A DNA stretch of 64,000 bases from a virus (taxonomy: Duplodnaviria; Caudoviricetes), in the IMG/VR virus record IMGVR_UViG_3300042975_000100, positions 64,001-128,000 of that record, one strand, 5' to 3'. The translations under genes and the position numbers were made by a program. Below the pieces are notes generated by a model. The model saw only the letters and a program-made list of their open reading frames with translations, was not told the origin of the DNA and searched no databases. Position 1 is the stretch's first letter. Each line of letters begins with the position of its first letter. Positions 60,382-64,000 of the stretch are shown one piece after another.

Positions 60382-62178
60382 TTATACCAATTTCATTACA
60401 GGTTTTCTATAAGTTGCAGGATCAACAAGTGTCATTACAACCATCTTATTTTCTCTCTTAGGAGCTGTATTCTGCGCCTTGTGCTTTTCGAAGAAGCTCT
60501 CCTGCTTAATCTCTTTCTTCGGTTCACCACCACTATACACAGTACCTCCCTTGATGAGATTTTCGATATTATCCTCATCAGATTCTTCTGTAGGAATCGG
60601 AAGTTCTGTACTATACTTGATCGTTTTACCAAAGTTCTTCATGATAGTTTCATTAGAGTTATTAGCCAAACTAGAGAGTGTTACACGCTTTCCTCCTAAA
60701 TCCATCTTCAACTTAACTTCACTATTATGATCATATGGGATATAGAATGAAGTCGCATTAGTTGCAATAGGGTAACGATGCTTTGTCAATTTAACACCCA
60801 TGAACTTCTGATCTTCGCTAGGCCATTCAGGTGTTAAGAATATAGTGGCATCAAGATTCTCATCGATAAGTGATGACTCACCAATGTTTGCCCTTCCAAG
60901 TTTACGTACCAAATCATTCTTATTACTGCTACGGCTTTCATCGATGATGCGAGCGGCTTCACGATTCAGCTGAGATGCTGTAATTACCGGAATATCCTTA
61001 TAGCAAGCAAAGTTTCTGAACTCATTGATTACATTACCAAGGCGGAAACGCTCATCCATGTTATTACCATTGATAGGACGAATACGTTTGATATAATCCT
61101 GAATAAGACCAATAACTTCATACCCTTCATCTTCATAATCTTCTGTAAGTTTATAAAGATAATTTGTATCTACTGAATTAATCGGCTTATATTTAATAAT
61201 GATTTCGATTGGATTATCTGGAGTTACTCCAAGACCTCTGCTCATCATAATACGAAGAGCATCATCCTCACTATAATCTTGGATACAACCATCGGTGCAA
61301 ACGGTTGAGAATAGAGTAGAGATAACTTCAAGAGTCTTATTCTCCATTGTCAGAAGAATAATGCAAGGTTTCTTAGTTGGGTCTTTGCAGACATAGTTTC
61401 TATTTGCAAGTTTGATTTGCTTAAGAAGATTGATAAGAGTAGTTGTCTTTCCCTCTCCCGGAAGTGCAAAGAAACAATATACACGAGATCCTTCAAACCC
61501 TCCTGCGAGAATATCATTCAATGCTTGAATTCCAGTTGCCAATTTGAATGAAGGACGTTTACAACGCTCTATTACATCATGAACTCCTTCTCTCAAATTA
61601 CTAAGAACGAACGTGTCGTTCTCATCTTCCGTGTCTATCGCATTACGTCTAAATTCGGTATTCATGTCTCTAGACATCTGCTGAATTTTAGCCGAATATT
61701 CTTCTTTCTGTGCTGGATCGCAATTCATGTAATCCATACATGCTGACTGAAGTTTATAAACGTTATTGTTGATAAACATCATGTTTATGCAGTTGGAGAT
61801 GGATTGCTCAGTCCATTCAACCTCTGCATTAGAAAGTTCGTTAAAGTTGTTAGGATCTACAGTGTATCTATCCCCGATTACACCATATACATCCTGAAGA
61901 ATCATGTTTCTTTCGAATATTCTTTTTTCAAGTTTTGCCGTAAGAATTGCACTGCAGATATTGCGACGCTCTATAAGTGATTGGTCTCCATTGAATACGC
62001 TCTCATTCAATGAATCCATAATTGTTTTAAGTTGGGTTAATGCAGAACGGTGAACTGATTTATTTGATGACAAAGCATACGAACAAAAGTTATTCATCAT
62101 GTCTAAGCTAAAATTAAACCGGAGTCCTTCTGGTTCAGTTTTAGCGGCATATTTTTTCTTTCTTTCGGCTAAGTTCAT
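60382..62178 (-). CDS. dnaB: DnaB-like replicative helicase
   Basis: TGIQALNDILAGG, ALPGEGKTT, TMEN, QDYIKRI, PVITASQLNR, KHRY. Confidence 0.9.
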   Translation of the reverse strand: MNLAERKKKYAAKTEPEGLRFNFSLDMMNNFCSYALSSNKSVHRSALTQLKTIMDSLNESVFNGDQSLIERRNICSAILTAKLEKRIFERNMILQDVYGVIGDRYTVDPNNFNELSNAEVEWTEQSISNCINMMFINNNVYKLQSACMDYMNCDPAQKEEYSAKIQQMSRDMNTEFRRNAIDTEDENDTFVLSNLREGVHDVIERCKRPSFKLATGIQALNDILAGGFEGSRVYCFFALPGEGKTTTLINLLKQIKLANRNYVCKDPTKKPCIILLTMENKTLEVISTLFSTVCTDGCIQDYSEDDALRIMMSRGLGVTPDNPIEIIIKYKPINSVDTNYLYKLTEDYEDEGYEVIGLIQDYIKRIRPINGNNMDERFRLGNVINEFRNFACYKDIPVITASQLNREAARIIDESRSSNKNDLVRKLGRANIGESSLIDENLDATIFLTPEWPSEDQKFMGVKLTKHRYPIATNATSFYIPYDHNSEVKLKMDLGGKRVTLSSLANNSNETIMKNFGKTIKYSTELPIPTEESDEDNIENLIKGGTVYSGGEPKKEIKQESFFEKHKAQNTAPKRENKMVVMTLVDPATYRKPVMKLV

Positions 62179-62233
62179 AACTATTCCTCCACGATATTTT
62201 TGGTAGTATTAGAGTGTCATCCCTCTAATATTT

Positions 62234-63370
62234 TTATAGAGACCTTAAAAACTGCCGAAGTCCGTCAACAGTTATAAAGGTATATCCTTCGCGCTGATTT
62301 ATGTATTGCGCTAACTTAGATTCAGGATCTGACTTACCAAACAGATAGTCATACTCCTTATACTTAGTATCAAGATCATGGATTTCATCCATCACTTCTT
62401 GATTCTTGAAGTTTGCATCTATCTTTACCGATCCAGAAGTTCTATAGAACGTTCTCAGTACAGATAAAAGCTCTTCATTGTTCTGCGTAAACTGAACTCT
62501 CAGATGGTCAATACCATGCGACTGTATTTCATTGATATACTGAATAACAGTTTGTGGATCACTATCAAACATACTATCTAGATTGACCGTATCATATCGG
62601 AAACCATAGATAGGTTCAAAGTGAACCATATGCTCACGAGTCTTTATATTATGGAGAAGTATCATAAAGCCTTTTGCTTCTTCTTCTCCGAATTTCCAAC
62701 GATAAGGGCAGCCACAATAGTAGAAATATACATCGTGACAGCCCGGAACATGGTTATGCCCTGCGATGATCGGCCCTAAGCAATTAGCAAAGTGCTCGAT
62801 GCAGAATACAGGTTCTCTATCGGAATCTAAATCCGGTAGATCTTTTCCAAAGATTGTTCCAGCAAAAGTCCCATGTAAATAACAAGCATCATACTGACCA
62901 CTTTCAAAAAGAAAGTGGTCGTAGTATGACTTGCCTTTACCGTATAATTCTGGAATTATAAGTACACGTTTTCCTTTGATATACTCAAACTGTACCTGCT
63001 GAATGATTCTTATATCTCCATATCCCTGCAAGTAAGGATAGAAGATTTTAAGTTGATCAGCATCATGCTCAAACGTACCTGATATAATAAGAAGCGTTGC
63101 TCCCTTATCATGGCAAATAGATGCTAATGCATGGATAAACATATTTGCATACATAATAGCATCTGAATTAGCCATGAACTTATGATGAAAGATATCACCA
63201 TTTATAGAAACGATATCAAGAGTTTCCATACTCTTGATTCTATTGATAAACTGCTCCATCAGTATGCCATACTGCTTTGACGGATCAGTAGCTCCAAAAT
63301 GCAAATCGGCGATGTGTGCCTCTACAAACAATCCTATAGTATTAGCCAAGCTAATTACTTTCGTTTTCAT
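62234..63370 (-). CDS. sbcD: SbcD/Mre11-like nuclease
   Basis: ADLHFG, GDIFH, GTFEHD, HG, GHNH. Confidence 0.88.
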   Translation of the reverse strand: MKTKVISLANTIGLFVEAHIADLHFGATDPSKQYGILMEQFINRIKSMETLDIVSINGDIFHHKFMANSDAIMYANMFIHALASICHDKGATLLIISGTFEHDADQLKIFYPYLQGYGDIRIIQQVQFEYIKGKRVLIIPELYGKGKSYYDHFLFESGQYDACYLHGTFAGTIFGKDLPDLDSDREPVFCIEHFANCLGPIIAGHNHVPGCHDVYFYYCGCPYRWKFGEEEAKGFMILLHNIKTREHMVHFEPIYGFRYDTVNLDSMFDSDPQTVIQYINEIQSHGIDHLRVQFTQNNEELLSVLRTFYRTSGSVKIDANFKNQEVMDEIHDLDTKYKEYDYLFGKSDPESKLAQYINQREGYTFITVDGLRQFLRSL

Positions 63371-63422
63371 CTATATGCCCCCATATTAGTGCGATTAAGA
63401 TGATGTAAGGTGTCACGTAACT

Positions 63423-63998
63423 TTATAATTTGTCGACGGTCTTATACAGTACATTCTTGGTGTTTCTATAGATGACTCTACGCAAAGTCTTACCAAGAAC
63501 CTTTTGAATGTTTATATTGAATCTGTCTTTTGTTCCTTCCTTGTAATGAAACATAATCTCTTTTCCATGAGATTTAACAGTTATAGACAAATCTGTTTTG
63601 ACGTTAGAGTGATTTCCTTTCTTCTCCACGATGATCGCAACTACAGTTTCCGTATCAATAACAACCGCATACTTGATATAATCCACCATTCTAGTATCTT
63701 CATTCTTAACGATATATACTGGATAGAAGTTATGGTAGTTATTCAGTTTAGAGACATCCGTATCAATAAACTGACTAACGTTATTCAGCATTACTCCATA
63801 CTCATATAGCAGATCCGGAAAGTGAAGATAGTTCTTATACTCTGAATGAAATATGCATAGATTCAATTCCAGCCAAACTCTAAACTTCCATATGATAGAG
63901 ATAAATGGTGCGGCAAAATGACGCTCATAAAATGAGCCTTGTAACTTACGTCTTATGAATATATTTGAGTAATATTCTGCAAGAAGAGAATAGAACAT
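63423..63998 (-). CDS. Hypothetical protein (possibly 5'-truncated by the window edge)
   Basis: 191-aa ORF at the window end. Confidence 0.5.
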   Translation of the reverse strand: MFYSLLAEYYSNIFIRRKLQGSFYERHFAAPFISIIWKFRVWLELNLCIFHSEYKNYLHFPDLLYEYGVMLNNVSQFIDTDVSKLNNYHNFYPVYIVKNEDTRMVDYIKYAVVIDTETVVAIIVEKKGNHSNVKTDLSITVKSHGKEIMFHYKEGTKDRFNINIQKVLGKTLRRVIYRNTKNVLYKTVDKL

Positions 63999-64000
63999 AT

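Noticed and set aside
1-64000. Introns/inteins, chimallin, alternative genetic code
   Set aside because: Core genes are of expected length without splice or LAGLIDADG motifs; no shell protein is recognisable by eye; standard code gives dense, intact ORFs.

Overview
A 64-kb segment of an AT-rich jumbo myophage of the AR9/PBS1/phiKZ-related type, which encodes its own multisubunit RNA polymerases. Strong GGAGG RBSs and the gene set suggest a Bacillota host (inference). Core genes: tail sheath (C-terminal part), tail tube, portal, the N-terminal half of a split family-B DNA polymerase, SbcC/SbcD, three RNAP beta-like fragments, NAD-dependent ligase, RecA/UvsX, an FtsZ/tubulin-family protein, GyrA/GyrB, dUTPase, dCMP deaminase, Dda-like and DnaB helicases, and baseplate proteins. 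Accessory genes include two tandem Tad1-family anti-defence sponges, C-type-lectin-like repeat proteins and SPRY-like proteins. Two phage promoter motifs (TATATATTATA; DACW-N6-TA) and many hairpin terminators can be read directly. Most notable: (1) a ~455-nt closed, structured non-coding RNA with an embedded anticodon-less tRNA mimic and a periodic UUAA tract, lying directly behind a 227-aa helical protein gene (candidate RNP system); (2) a short linear motif (K-x-V/A-M-x-L-V-D-P) shared by the tails of the polymerase, helicase, ligase, RNAP and other proteins; (3) a duplicated structured 5' leader driving unrelated small ORFs; (4) AR9-type promoters in a phage that encodes dUTPase; (5) a G12 tract in a SPRY-like gene. 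Several 1-nt indels in short homopolymers suggest assembly errors. All assignments come from motif recognition by eye; no searches were run.
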